From NCBI GenBank assembly GCA_964499705.1, contig CAZCME010000019.1, positions 1 to 64,000 on the forward strand: a DNA stretch of 64,000 nt, written 5' to 3'. The notes beneath the pieces were generated by a model, which made no database searches, was not told the DNA's origin, and saw only the letters and a program-made list of their open reading frames with translations. Below are positions 10,004 to 20,145 of the stretch, piece after piece. Numbering within the stretch: position 1 is the first letter of the stretch; every line of letters begins with the position of its first letter. This stretch comes from an uncultured bacterium. Its GTDB lineage: Bacteria; UBA8481. Both the position numbers and the translations under genes were made by a program.

Positions 10004-12106
10004 TTCGGCAGGTTCCTTCGCATCGAGGAATGCCGTGATGCGCGGAATGATGTCGCTCTCGGAGCCCTCGATCGTCCTGCATTCCGGCAGCGTCGAGCGG
10101 ATGGCTCCGGCATAGCTCTTCTTTCCCGGATCGAGAATGACGACGACGCCGCGGTCCTTCTCGGAGCGGATCAACCTGCCGAAACCCTGCCGTAGGCCCA
10201 GGAGGGCCCGCGGGAGCGCGTAGCCCATGAAGGCGCGATCCCCCAGCGCCTGGCGCCGCGCCTCGAAAACCGGGTCGCCCGGCCAGTCGAAGGGGAGCTT
10301 CTCGATGACGACCACGGAGAGATTTTCACCGGGGACGTCGACTCCTTCCCAGAAGGACTTCGTGCCCAGCAGGACGGTATTCGGGTTCGACCGGAGCCGC
10401 CGGGTCAATTCATGGCGGGAACCATCCTGGTATTGCGTGATGACATCGAGCCCGTCGAGGTCGAGGAGCTGCGAGACGGCCTGCATGCGCGTCTTGTTGG
10501 TGAAGAGCGCGAGCATCCTGCCGCGGCTGGCGCGTGCGATCGATTCGATGCGCCGCGCCAGAAGGCCCGCGTCGAAACGTTCCGCGCCGGCTTCGCGCGG
10601 TTCCCGCAGGAGGCACAGGAGGACATTCGATTCGTAATCGAACGGATGGCCGACGGAGAGAGGAGAGAAGATGCGGGCCGGGTGCAGAGGATCGGCGGCG
10701 GAGGAATCCGCGGCCGTTTCCGGAATGACGGATGTCTTCTCGTCCGGCGGATTGAGACCAAGCCGTTCGTTCAGGTAATCGAATTTGTCCGCGACCCGGA
10801 GCGTGGCCGACGTCAGGAGTACGCTCCGAAACCTGCTGTAGAGATGACGGCGGAGCATGGGACCGAGGTCGACCGGAGTGAGGTGGAAGTTCACATGGCC
10901 GTTGGGCGAGGATTCGCTCCAGAGTACCTGGGATTCCGCATCCGCGTCCGCCGGCGCCGGATCGCTCCTGAAGATCGTGCTGATCGTCCCGGAAAGCTCG
11001 CAGAATGCCAGCGAGGATTTCTGCAGCCGCTCCGCGGTCGCCTTCAGCCTGTCGATCTTCTCGATGCTCCTGAAGAGCTTCTGCATCGAAGCCGCGAGCT
11101 GCGCGACGGTCGCCGCGAGCGCGTTGGATGTTTCGCAGAGATAGGGCCAGTCGGCTCCGGCGAGGATTTCTCCTCCGATCCGGATCCTTCCCGATGCGCA
11201 CCGGATCATGAACGTCTGGGCTGCGGTGTTGAAGTGCGAGATCCACGTCCTCACCTGCTCGATTCGCTCGACGACCTCGTCGACCTCGAACTCCGCCCAG
11301 TCGCGCTTCGTCAACCGCCCGAGCGTGCCGAAGTTCCGGCGGCTCCGGGCGTGAAGCCGCCAGAGCCTCGAGACGAGGAAGCCGGACGCGAATCGGAGGC
11401 CGTATACATCCGTCGCCGCGTCTTCGAGCGCGTGCGCTTCGTCGATGACGATGCGGTCGATCTCCGGATAGGTCTCCGGCCAGAGCAGCGCGAGGTGATG
11501 ATTGGCGACGATGACGTCGGCTTTCTCCGCGGCTGCGATCGACTTGTAATGGCGGCAGAGGAGGCGATGATCGGACGTGCAGGTGTCGTCCGTCGCGCGG
11601 ACATCGTCCTTCGCCCGGCGGCCGTCCTCCCCGTATCGTCGGAGAAAATCCATCGCGATCTCGAGCTCACCGGTCTTATGGAGCTTGTCGAACTTGTCGA
11701 GGTAGGAGAGCGCCCGGCCCCGGAGGCTGGCGCTGAAGAGCTCGTTGCGGTCGATCGCGTCCGAGAGCCGTTCGCGGCAGAGATAATTCTCGCGGCCCTT
11801 CAGGAGCGCGAACGTGAAATCCATCGATTTCGCGAGGCGCGGGAGATCATGAAGAAAGATCTGATCCTGAAGATTCTTGGTGCGCGTCGCTATGAGGACG
11901 CGCTTGCCGCTCTCCTTCGCCTCGAGAATATGCGGTACGAGATACCCCAGGGTCTTGCCGACGCCGGTTCCTCCCTCGATCATCCCGACGCAACCGCGCC
12001 TGATGAGCTGGTCTACGGACTGAGCATAAGCGAGTTGTTCCTTCCGGAACTGGAAACGCCCTCCGTCGCGGGCGAGGTGACCCTTGGGGGAGAAGTAGTT
12101 ATGCAC
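9818..12106 (-). CDS. DinG/YoaA-family ATP-dependent DNA helicase
   Basis: EGGTGVGKT, LKGRENYLC, DEAH, LTSATL, FWEGVDVPG and QGFGRLIRS helicase motifs. Confidence 0.93.
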   Translation of the reverse strand: MHNYFSPKGHLARDGGRFQFRKEQLAYAQSVDQLIRRGCVGMIEGGTGVGKTLGYLVPHILEAKESGKRVLIATRTKNLQDQIFLHDLPRLAKSMDFTFALLKGRENYLCRERLSDAIDRNELFSASLRGRALSYLDKFDKLHKTGELEIAMDFLRRYGEDGRRAKDDVRATDDTCTSDHRLLCRHYKSIAAAEKADVIVANHHLALLWPETYPEIDRIVIDEAHALEDAATDVYGLRFASGFLVSRLWRLHARSRRNFGTLGRLTKRDWAEFEVDEVVERIEQVRTWISHFNTAAQTFMIRCASGRIRIGGEILAGADWPYLCETSNALAATVAQLAASMQKLFRSIEKIDRLKATAERLQKSSLAFCELSGTISTIFRSDPAPADADAESQVLWSESSPNGHVNFHLTPVDLGPMLRRHLYSRFRSVLLTSATLRVADKFDYLNERLGLNPPDEKTSVIPETAADSSAADPLHPARIFSPLSVGHPFDYESNVLLCLLREPREAGAERFDAGLLARRIESIARASRGRMLALFTNKTRMQAVSQLLDLDGLDVITQYQDGSRHELTRRLRSNPNTVLLGTKSFWEGVDVPGENLSVVVIEKLPFDWPGDPVFEARRQALGDRAFMGYALPRALLGLRQGFGRLIRSEKDRGVVVILDPGKKSYAGAIRSTLPECRTIEGSESDIIPRITAFLDAKEPAESVFLGAVRKSAGDAEGDDGAAQQDLQEIGRIAGNQDKDDGHEVHDEHAGGASRQESEKSAD

Positions 12107-12124
12107 GGGGAAAAAATTCCTTCC

Positions 12125-13312
12125 TCATATCGCGTTAGCGGTTCGCAATGCCTCGATCTTCTCCGGGCCGTAGCCCAGGATTTCCGACAGGATTTCATCG
12201 GTGTGTTCGCCCAGCAGCGGAGGTGGCGACTTGATCGCGGGAGGAGTGTCGGAGAGCTTGATGGGAATGCCGGTCAGGCGGATATTGCCGGCTTTCTTAT
12301 GATCGACCTGGACCACCATCTCGCGGGATTTCGTCTGCTCCAGTTCGAGGACATCTCCGACGTCGAAGATCGGGCCGGCGGGAATGCCGGCCTGATCGAG
12401 CTTCTTAATCCATTCCCGCGTGGTGTCATGCCGGAAGATTTCCGAGAGGATCGGGAAGAGCGCGTCATGGTGATGAACGCGCCTGGGATTGGTGTCGAAT
12501 CGATCGTCGGCGGCGAGGTCGGGGCGAGCGACCAGATTGCAGAATTCCTTCCAGAGCTTGTCGTTGCCGACGGCAAGATTGATATAGCCGTCGGCCGTCT
12601 GGAACGTTTCGTACGGGCAGATCGTGGGATGCTGGTTGCCGAGCCTCTTCGGAGATTCGCCCGTCGCGAAGTAGATGCCGGCCTGGTATGTCAAAAGCGA
12701 GACCTGGCCGTCGAGCATGGAGATATCGACGCGCTGGCCCTTGCCGGTTTTCTCCCGCGCGTAAAGCGCCAGCAGTATTCCCTGCGCGGCGTAGATTCCG
12801 GAGATGATATCGGCGATGGATGTGCCGACCTTCGTGGGAGGACCATCGGTGACACCCGTCAGGGACATGAGGCCGCCCATTCCCTGGATGGCGAGATCGT
12901 AGCCGGGTTTCAGGGCCCACGGGCCGGTCTGACCGAAGCCCGAGATGGAGCAGTACACGAGACGAGGATTACGCCGGGATGCGGATTCGTAATCCAGCCC
13001 GAGCCTGTCGAGCGCTCCGGGGCGGAAGTTTTCGATGAGGACGTCCGCCTTGTCCGCGAGCGAGCGAACGATCTCCAGGCCTTCCGGCTTCTTCATGTCC
13101 ACGGTGATGGATCGCTTGTTCCGGTTGACGGAGAGGAAATACGCAGACTCGCCGTTCGTGAAGGGGGGGCCAAACGCCCGCGTGTCATCGCCCTTGCCCG
13201 GCATCTCCACCTTCCATACTTCCGCGCCGTGATCGGCGAGTATCTGCGTGGCGTAGGGACCCGCGAGGATGCGGGAGAGATCGAGAACCTTGATACCGTC
13301 GAGTGAACCCAT
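12125..13312 (-). CDS. CoA-transferase family III (CaiB/BaiF)
   Basis: LDGIKVLDLSRILAGP, NRNKRSI, ENFRPG, SISGFGQTGP and GYD motifs. Confidence 0.95.
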   Translation of the reverse strand: MGSLDGIKVLDLSRILAGPYATQILADHGAEVWKVEMPGKGDDTRAFGPPFTNGESAYFLSVNRNKRSITVDMKKPEGLEIVRSLADKADVLIENFRPGALDRLGLDYESASRRNPRLVYCSISGFGQTGPWALKPGYDLAIQGMGGLMSLTGVTDGPPTKVGTSIADIISGIYAAQGILLALYAREKTGKGQRVDISMLDGQVSLLTYQAGIYFATGESPKRLGNQHPTICPYETFQTADGYINLAVGNDKLWKEFCNLVARPDLAADDRFDTNPRRVHHHDALFPILSEIFRHDTTREWIKKLDQAGIPAGPIFDVGDVLELEQTKSREMVVQVDHKKAGNIRLTGIPIKLSDTPPAIKSPPPLLGEHTDEILSEILGYGPEKIEALRTANAI

Positions 13313-13404
13313 ATACGGAATATATGCGTTTGCCCGGAGATTGTGTAGAGGAACGGCATGGCGTATTCTTTTCGCATGGCCGTCGCCTCCACGATGATGC
13401 AGGA

Positions 13405-14307
13405 ATGACGAAACCGCTCTCCTCCTCCACTCAATTGAAGCCCGGGTGCCTCCTGCTGTTCCTGTCTCCTTTCGTTTTCGTCGGCCTCCTGCTTCTCGTC
13501 AACCATCTCCTCGCGCCACTCCTCGACGGCCGCGCGAAGTCGATCGAGTGGGGATCCGTCTTCGGAGGAATATTCTGTCTCGTCATTTCCGGCATCGCGT
13601 ACTGGGCCATCACAAAGCAGTCGAGGGACCACGAAGCCGCGCGCAAAGCGATCCTGGGAATCGAACCGATCATCCCGGGAGAGCGCGTTCTGAAGCCCGA
13701 TTCCACGCCCATGGGCAAGCTCGTCGCGCTCATCCTCATGATGCTCTTCTGGAACGGCGTCGTCGGAGTCTTCCTGTACCAGGATTATGAAATGTTCCTG
13801 AGAGGGGAGGCGATGGCATGGTTCCTGGCGATCTTCATGATCCCCTTCCTCCTCGTGGGGCTATTTCTCATGGGGCTGGTCGCACACGCGTTTCTGGGGC
13901 TCTTCAATCCCCTGCCCGTCGTGACGGTGAGCGCGCCTGTGCTGCGACTGGGCGGCTCGCTCGACCTGGAATGGAAGATCAAGGGCTCCGTGTCGCGCAT
14001 CAGCAGGCTGACGATCGCATTCGAAGGTCGCGAGGAGGCGACGTACCAGAGCGGTAAAAATACCGTGACCGACAAGAATGTTTTCCACTCGTTCGTGGTG
14101 GTCGAGAAAACCGTGCAGCAGGAGATGGGATCCGGCCGGGCGATGATCAGGATTCCGGCCGACATGATGCACACCTTCAAGGCGCCGAGCAATACGATCA
14201 AGTGGTGGTTGAAGGTGGCGGGGGAGATCCGCAACTGGCCGGACATCGAATCGGAGTATGAGATACCCGTCCTGCCCGCGGAGATGAAGGCTTCGTCATG
14301 GAAATAG
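13405..14307 (+). CDS. Membrane protein with four TM helices and a C-terminal beta-sandwich domain
   Basis: LFWNGVVGVF and IPFLLVGL TM pair followed by a soluble EGREEATY..G domain. Start placed at ATG 13405 to avoid overlap with the CoA-transferase. Confidence 0.7.
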   Translation: MTKPLSSSTQLKPGCLLLFLSPFVFVGLLLLVNHLLAPLLDGRAKSIEWGSVFGGIFCLVISGIAYWAITKQSRDHEAARKAILGIEPIIPGERVLKPDSTPMGKLVALILMMLFWNGVVGVFLYQDYEMFLRGEAMAWFLAIFMIPFLLVGLFLMGLVAHAFLGLFNPLPVVTVSAPVLRLGGSLDLEWKIKGSVSRISRLTIAFEGREEATYQSGKNTVTDKNVFHSFVVVEKTVQQEMGSGRAMIRIPADMMHTFKAPSNTIKWWLKVAGEIRNWPDIESEYEIPVLPAEMKASSWK

Positions 14308-14732
14308 CGGCGCAGTGTGAAGTGAAGTTGAGGGAAGGCAGGACCGAATATCGACCCGGCGAAACCATAAAGGGCAGCGCGGCCTGGCTCTGCGAGAAGG
14401 CTCCCTCATCGGCGGAGATCAGGCTCTTCTGGCACACGACCGGCCGGGGCACGAGGGATATGGATATCGTCGCGACGCAGAAGGTGGATGCCTTGATGGA
14501 GCATGGAGCGGCCGAATTCTCGTTCACGCTGCCGCCCGCTCCGTATTCCTTTTCCGGCAAGCTGATCTCCATCGTCTGGGCCGTGGAACTCGTGCTCCAG
14601 CCCTTCAACGAAGCCGCCCGCGCGGAATTCACGATGGGGCCGGCTGGAAAGAGCATTGTTCTGCACAAGAGGATTGAAGTGGATCGCATGGATTTGGAAC
14701 CATCCGGAGGTCGTGGGGAACCGGGCGTGTGA
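14298..14732 (+). CDS. Small beta-sandwich hypothetical protein
   Basis: YRPGETIKG, IRLFWHTTGRGT and PYSFSGKLISIVW motifs; overlaps the upstream gene. Confidence 0.7.
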   Translation: MEIAAQCEVKLREGRTEYRPGETIKGSAAWLCEKAPSSAEIRLFWHTTGRGTRDMDIVATQKVDALMEHGAAEFSFTLPPAPYSFSGKLISIVWAVELVLQPFNEAARAEFTMGPAGKSIVLHKRIEVDRMDLEPSGGRGEPGV

Positions 14733-14885
14733 AGGAGCGCAAGAACTATTTTTTCGGCATGAAGGAAAGCTCCGCGCGGCCCCGAAAATCCTGTATGATC
14801 CGGAGGCGTCCGGGGATCGACCGGTTTTGGTTCTACCGAGGCTCGATTCGCGCCGGCAATGGAGGGTACCTGAGGTGATCGAAGC

Positions 14886-15116
14886 ATGACGAAGGAAGAA
14901 TTGCAGCAGGCGGCATCAGGACTGGTGACGGAAGATAATTCCTTCATCGAGCGGCTGAGGTCGCGCGTCAAGAACGAGACGCGGATCAAGCAGACATTGA
15001 AGCGCATGGAAGCGACGGCCATGAAGATCGCGGGCAAGCTGCCCTGCGAGGATTGTTCTCCATCGAGACTGCGCGCGGAAGTAAGACAGTTGAAGGAAGC
15101 AGCGCTCCGCAGATAG
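14886..15116 (+). CDS. Small hypothetical helical protein
   Basis: GAGGTG RBS upstream, 76 aa, contains CEDC. Confidence 0.55.
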   Translation: MTKEELQQAASGLVTEDNSFIERLRSRVKNETRIKQTLKRMEATAMKIAGKLPCEDCSPSRLRAEVRQLKEAALRR

Positions 15117-15188
15117 CAGGTTCGATGCATATCAATACCTGCCGATGATGCCGCATCCGGCGCTTCCAGCGCAACCGGCCATCATTTC

Positions 15189-17018
15189 TTGACGGCTTCC
15201 ACTTTCTCCCCGTTCATCCCCGCGTTCTTTCTCGATAATTTCCTTCCCGCGGCCATCGTTCTCATTTACGCAATGGCTGCCTGTGCGGTGGGGGGAATGG
15301 CGGAGTCGAAGTCGGGTTCGCTGCACATCGAGAACAGATTCTTGCTCGGACTGTTCTTTATGTCCGCCTGGACAATGGTTCTCGCGATGTCCGGTTGGCT
15401 CGACTTCCTGCCCGTTGTGGCTCCGCTGGTCATCCTGCCCTGCGTGACGTGTTTCCAGATCTGGCGAGACAGGAAGGAGATGATTCGGAATAGGGTGAAG
15501 ATTCCGCGCGGGAAAATCGAACTCGCGGGCGCGATCCTTTGCGCCGCCGCGTTGGCAGCGTCGACACTCATGACGGCCGCTCCGCCGACGCTCGGAGACG
15601 CGCTCATTTATCACGTGGGCATTCCGCGCCAGTATCTTCTGCATGGAGGCATGGTCTCGATTTCATCCCAGGATCTCACTCTCTATTTTCAGCAGGCGGA
15701 AATGGTTCTGCTGCCCTTGCTGGCGCTCGACGCGACAGGACGAGCGGCCAATCTGCTGGGAATACCCGTCCTGGCGGCGCTGGCGGCGAATCTGGGGCGG
15801 CTTGCGGGGCGGGCGGGAGGCGGACGGAGCGGATGGTTGACTGCGTCGGCCGTGCTCACCTCTCCGGTATTGATGGCGCTCTCGGCCTACACCAAGAACG
15901 ATCTTCTGGCCATATCCGCCGCGGCCGGTTCTATTCGGTTGAGCATGGAGATGGAGAAAGGTGATCCGAAGTTTGCGGCCCGATGCGCGACGGCCGGATT
16001 TCTCGCGGGCTGTTCGCTCGCTGTCAAGCCTTCAACGGCGTTGATCCTTCTTCCCTGGGGAGTCATCCTGGCGTGGAAGAATATTTCATCGCTCAAGGCG
16101 ATCGCTATTTTCGCCGGAACATCCTGCATCATGCTTGCGCCGTGGATTGCGCGCAATCTTGTGATCGCGGGTGTTCCCTGGAGCTCGAATTACACGCTTC
16201 AGGCGGCGGCATCGCCGGCCGCAGTGTGGACGACCCTGCCGGAATGCGCGACTCATCTCCTGGAATCCTTCTACACGGTTCATCCGGAATTCGACGGCCC
16301 CCTGGGGCCACTGCTGCTGGCCCTCGTCATGCTGGCGCCCCTGGCGGGACGCGAATCTCCGTCGCTCCGTCCGTTGCTTCTCGCCGGAGCTTCCGGATAT
16401 CTGCTCTGGATCTTCATCGGCGGGTATCACGCCCGCTTTTTTCTCCCTGTCCTTCTGCCCTTGGTCGCCATCGGTTCCGTTTCGCGGATCGCACGGCAAT
16501 CCGTGGCGAGCGCCATCGCGCTTGGCCTCGCCGCGCTTTCGCTGGCGTCGGGAGTGATTCTTCTGGAACGGTCCACCGGTTTTCTGGAACTGCAGACCGG
16601 GCGGGTGGGGACGGAAGAATTTCTCGCCCGCAACATGGAATCATACGTTCTGCAGCGGGAGTCGTCGCGCCTCCTGCCGGAAGACGCCGTCGTGGCCATG
16701 GTCGGCGAGCCGCGTATATTCACCATGATGCGGCGCGTGCAATTCGATCTCTCGTGGCGTCGCGAAACGGCGCTGGATCTCGCGCATCCTCGCCACGATC
16801 CACGCGAGCTGAAGGAGAGCCTGAAAGGTCGCGGAGCCACGCATGTTCTCTTCAATCCCGTGCTCCTGCGACGATCTCTGGACGTGGGGGGCAAACCGGG
16901 GCTCCTTTGTCCGCGGGATATGGACGTCTTTCGGGAGATGCTGGAGGATTCGAGGCTCTGCGAAGTGATTCTGCGGGATGGAGCCGGCCCCGGGATGGGA
17001 CTGTATCGACTGCGGTGA
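15189..17018 (+). CDS. Polytopic GT-C-fold glycosyltransferase-like membrane protein
   Basis: About 12 TM segments, GDALIYH..IP loop motif, KND, VKP, PWIARN and RFFLP motifs, C-terminal soluble domain. Confidence 0.65.
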   Translation: MTASTFSPFIPAFFLDNFLPAAIVLIYAMAACAVGGMAESKSGSLHIENRFLLGLFFMSAWTMVLAMSGWLDFLPVVAPLVILPCVTCFQIWRDRKEMIRNRVKIPRGKIELAGAILCAAALAASTLMTAAPPTLGDALIYHVGIPRQYLLHGGMVSISSQDLTLYFQQAEMVLLPLLALDATGRAANLLGIPVLAALAANLGRLAGRAGGGRSGWLTASAVLTSPVLMALSAYTKNDLLAISAAAGSIRLSMEMEKGDPKFAARCATAGFLAGCSLAVKPSTALILLPWGVILAWKNISSLKAIAIFAGTSCIMLAPWIARNLVIAGVPWSSNYTLQAAASPAAVWTTLPECATHLLESFYTVHPEFDGPLGPLLLALVMLAPLAGRESPSLRPLLLAGASGYLLWIFIGGYHARFFLPVLLPLVAIGSVSRIARQSVASAIALGLAALSLASGVILLERSTGFLELQTGRVGTEEFLARNMESYVLQRESSRLLPEDAVVAMVGEPRIFTMMRRVQFDLSWRRETALDLAHPRHDPRELKESLKGRGATHVLFNPVLLRRSLDVGGKPGLLCPRDMDVFREMLEDSRLCEVILRDGAGPGMGLYRLR

Positions 17019-17111
17019 GAAGATCGCGGCAGGTTCATCCGGTCGCCGCGATTTCGAATAACTCTTGATGAAGTCGATCGCATGAATTAAGATCATGGCT
17101 TCCCGATTCCA

Positions 17112-17184
17112 GGACCGTTAGCTCAGCTGGTAGAGCAGAAGACTCTTAATCTTCGGGCCGCAGGTTCGACCCCTGCACGGTCCA
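17112..17184 (+). tRNA. tRNA-Lys (anticodon CTT), CCA not encoded
   Basis: Canonical cloverleaf: acceptor GGACCGT/ACGGTCC, anticodon arm GAAGA-CTCTTAA-TCTTC, T loop TTCGACC. Confidence 0.97.
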
Positions 17185-17242
17185 CGTTATTTTTCCTGAG
17201 AGGCATGTCGCCAAGTGCAGGTTCGTCCAATTTCAGTGCAAC

Positions 17243-18370
17243 ATGTCCGGGGTTAATCCGATAAAACAATCGGGTCCTCCTGCCGATAAAATACGCATGC
17301 GTCGGCCCGAAGTCGTCTTCTTCTCATCGTTGAGTTTTCTGATGGTCACGGGATCTTTTCTCGCGGCCACTTTCTCCTCCTCCTCGCACCGTGCGGAGGC
17401 CGTTTCGATTCCGGCTCCGGCCGCGACGCGCGCGACGCTTCTGAACCAGGACTTCGCGCATCTCTGCGTTCCTCCTTCCTGGAGAGCCGCGATGCCGCTG
17501 GCGATCCGGGGGCCGCAGAACGCGCAAGTTCCGTCCCGCAAGATCCGATGGGAAATCGCGGAGTCGCGGATCCGGAAGGTACTGGCGAAATCGCGCCGGA
17601 CGCGGTTCGGGCTCTATATGAAGAACATCAGCACCGGTAAGACGATCGAAGTGAACGCCGGATCGAGGTTCGCATCCGCCTCGCTCGTCAAGATCCCCAT
17701 TCTCATCAGCCTGTACAGGGAAATGGCCGCCGGTAAGATCGCGCCGACGCTAGGTCCCCTGTATCTGGAACGGCATCGCATCGGGGGATCGGGCGTGCTG
17801 AAGGGCGAGCATTCGGGCGTGAAGGTGAACCTGCGCGATCTCTGCTACCTCATGCTCCAGCACAGCGACAACACCGCGACGAACATCCTGACGGATCTCG
17901 TGGGGATGCGGCGCGTGACGGAGATCTGCAGGGAGTACGGCTGGAAGAACACTAACATGGTCCGGCCGGTGATGGCCCTGGAACTGCGGTCGAAGGGGAT
18001 CGAGAACTGGACGACGCCCAGGGAGATGGGGATGATGCTGGAGTCGATTCACCGGGGCCAGATCGTTTCGCCGGCGGCCTCGAAGGAGATGATCAGCCTG
18101 ATGCTGAATCCTCCGATCGACGACCGACTGCCGCGGTATCTGCCGGAGCGGATCGACATCGCGCACAAGACGGGGCTCATCTACGACGTCGCGCACGATG
18201 TCGGGCTCATCTACCTCCCGGGCGACCAGACCATCCTGGTTTCCGCATTCGCCGACAGGCTCGGCTCGAATTACCGCTCCGCCAAGATCCCGATGGCGCA
18301 GATCGCCCGTATTCTCTATGAAGAAGCGACGGCGCCGACGGCGCAGGAGAAGGGGCGCCGGAGCAACTAA
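17243..18370 (+). CDS. Class A beta-lactamase-like serine hydrolase (PBP-like), N-terminally anchored
   Basis: SASLVK (SxxK), SDN and HKTG motifs; N-terminal hydrophobic segment. Confidence 0.85.
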   Translation: MSGVNPIKQSGPPADKIRMRRPEVVFFSSLSFLMVTGSFLAATFSSSSHRAEAVSIPAPAATRATLLNQDFAHLCVPPSWRAAMPLAIRGPQNAQVPSRKIRWEIAESRIRKVLAKSRRTRFGLYMKNISTGKTIEVNAGSRFASASLVKIPILISLYREMAAGKIAPTLGPLYLERHRIGGSGVLKGEHSGVKVNLRDLCYLMLQHSDNTATNILTDLVGMRRVTEICREYGWKNTNMVRPVMALELRSKGIENWTTPREMGMMLESIHRGQIVSPAASKEMISLMLNPPIDDRLPRYLPERIDIAHKTGLIYDVAHDVGLIYLPGDQTILVSAFADRLGSNYRSAKIPMAQIARILYEEATAPTAQEKGRRSN

Positions 18371-20145
18371 GGTTCTCCGCTCGCTGGAAAAATTTCTCCG
18401 CGATCGTCCGGCTTCCGTGCCTCGCTTTTCTTCGGCTCCACGAGCTTGAATCGTTTCTCGGCGACGACGCGGCGCAGCTCGTGCAAAAGCTCCATCCTGT
18501 TCGCCACGGCGCGCTGCGCGGGTTTATCGAAGACGCACGTGCGTCCGCGGCCCGCCGCTTTCGCCTGATACATCGCGGCGTCGGCTTCGCGCAGGATGAA
18601 ATCCGCGTCGGTGGTCATGCAGGATCCGAGAGCGATCCCGACGGAGAAGGAACCCTGGATAGCAGTGCCCAGAATATCGAACGGCGGAGCGAGCGCTTCG
18701 TGGAGCCGAGTTGCGACAGCCAGCGCTTCCTCCTGGTCCCGTACCTCGTCCAGAAGAACCGCGAATTCGTCGCCGCTCACGCGCGTCGCGGTGTCCCCGG
18801 GACGGATGCTCGCCGAAATTCTCTTCGCCATTCCGCGAATCATTTCGTCGCCAGCTTGATGACCCATCGTGTCGTTGATCGTCTTGAATCGGTCGAGGTC
18901 GATGAAGAGAACCGCGAATCGGCGCGATATTTCGCGCTGGCACTCCTGGATCGTTTTGCGGATGCGATCGCCCAGGAGCATCCTGTTGGGGAGGCCGGTC
19001 AGAGGATCGTGCAGCGCATCATGCCGGGCCCTCTGCTCGGATTCCTCCAGAGCCTGCGTCCTGTCGCGCACGCGTTTCTCCAGGGTGAGGTTCAGGTCTT
19101 GCAGCTCGCGGTGCGATGACTCCAGCTCCTGGTGCGATGCGCGGATGGCTGATGCCATGTCGTTGAATGTATGCGCCAGCGTGCCGAGCTCGTCATCGCG
19201 CTCCAGGTGCACGGCGGCATCCCACTGGCCCTGCCCCAGCCGGGCGGCTTCCTGGGTGAGCCTTGCGATGGGGGAGTAGAGGTAGCCGGCCGTTTTTGTC
19301 GAGATCACAAGAACCGCCAGCGCGGAAACAAGGAGGAGGACCGCCAGTGAGGAAAAAAGTTGCCACGGAAGATCCAGCACGCTCGCTTCCCGGCGATACG
19401 TCAGAATTCCCCACTCGTCCGAGAGAAACATGCCTGCGAGGAAGAGTCTTTCATGCGCCCAGCGGGCTATGCCGACGCCGGGCAGCGTCGAGGCGCCCGT
19501 AGGACGACTGGTATTGGCGTCCAGTGGTACAAGGGGAGCGGCGTTCGATGAAACGCTCATTTCACCGTCAACGCCAGTGACCGGTATGCCGTTCTTATTC
19601 AGGATGAAGAATCCGCTTTCCCGGGATCGCGCGGTCGTAGCCAGTCCTCGCCACAGATGAACAGGCTCGATGACACCGGTGAGAATGCGGCCGTCCGGAG
19701 CGAGGAGCGCCATGCCGACTGCGAAGTCTCCGTCGCTGGATATTTCCTGCAGGCGAAAGGGAGGTGAAAGGTATACCTTTCCTGTTTTCATAATGTCACG
19801 GGCGATCTCCTTTGTAAGCCACGGTGGAAAATGATCCGTTTTCGGATCGATCGATTCGTGGTTTCGAAAATAGCTCTCACCCGATGGTATGGTTCCGCCT
19901 CGCGATAAATACGCGAGCTGGGCTTTCGCCACGGAGAGAGTTTGAACGATATGCCGGCCGCAGAATCGCGCATAATCCTTCAGACCGCGGTCCGCCTCCT
20001 CGACTGCCACGGCTCGCGTCTGGAAATACATCGGCGCCGCAAAGAGGGCCAGGGGGACAGTGACGGCGAGAGTCAGGACCACGATGATCTTCCTGCCGAG
20101 CCGCGACGAAAGCACATCGCGCAGGCCGGAGCGCGATCGATCCAT
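18367..20145 (-). CDS. Membrane diguanylate cyclase (periplasmic sensor, HAMP, GGDEF)
   Basis: Two TMs, HAMP (DDELGTLAHTFNDM), HDPLTGLPNR, DLDRFKTINDTMGH, RPGD I-site, SGDEF. Start ATG at 20145 overlaps the pilin stop (TGATG). Confidence 0.9.
   Translation of the reverse strand: MDRSRSGLRDVLSSRLGRKIIVVLTLAVTVPLALFAAPMYFQTRAVAVEEADRGLKDYARFCGRHIVQTLSVAKAQLAYLSRGGTIPSGESYFRNHESIDPKTDHFPPWLTKEIARDIMKTGKVYLSPPFRLQEISSDGDFAVGMALLAPDGRILTGVIEPVHLWRGLATTARSRESGFFILNKNGIPVTGVDGEMSVSSNAAPLVPLDANTSRPTGASTLPGVGIARWAHERLFLAGMFLSDEWGILTYRREASVLDLPWQLFSSLAVLLLVSALAVLVISTKTAGYLYSPIARLTQEAARLGQGQWDAAVHLERDDELGTLAHTFNDMASAIRASHQELESSHRELQDLNLTLEKRVRDRTQALEESEQRARHDALHDPLTGLPNRMLLGDRIRKTIQECQREISRRFAVLFIDLDRFKTINDTMGHQAGDEMIRGMAKRISASIRPGDTATRVSGDEFAVLLDEVRDQEEALAVATRLHEALAPPFDILGTAIQGSFSVGIALGSCMTTDADFILREADAAMYQAKAAGRGRTCVFDKPAQRAVANRMELLHELRRVVAEKRFKLVEPKKSEARKPDDRGEIFPASGEP

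Noticed and set aside
10412-13306. 964-aa + strand ORF
   Set aside because: Antisense to the DinG helicase and CoA-transferase; no recognisable domain.
17243-18370. Antibiotic-resistance class A beta-lactamase
   Set aside because: Catalytic motifs are present, but the region after SDN lacks a clear omega-loop E166xxLN motif and the protein has a long N-terminal anchor; more likely a PBP-like hydrolase.
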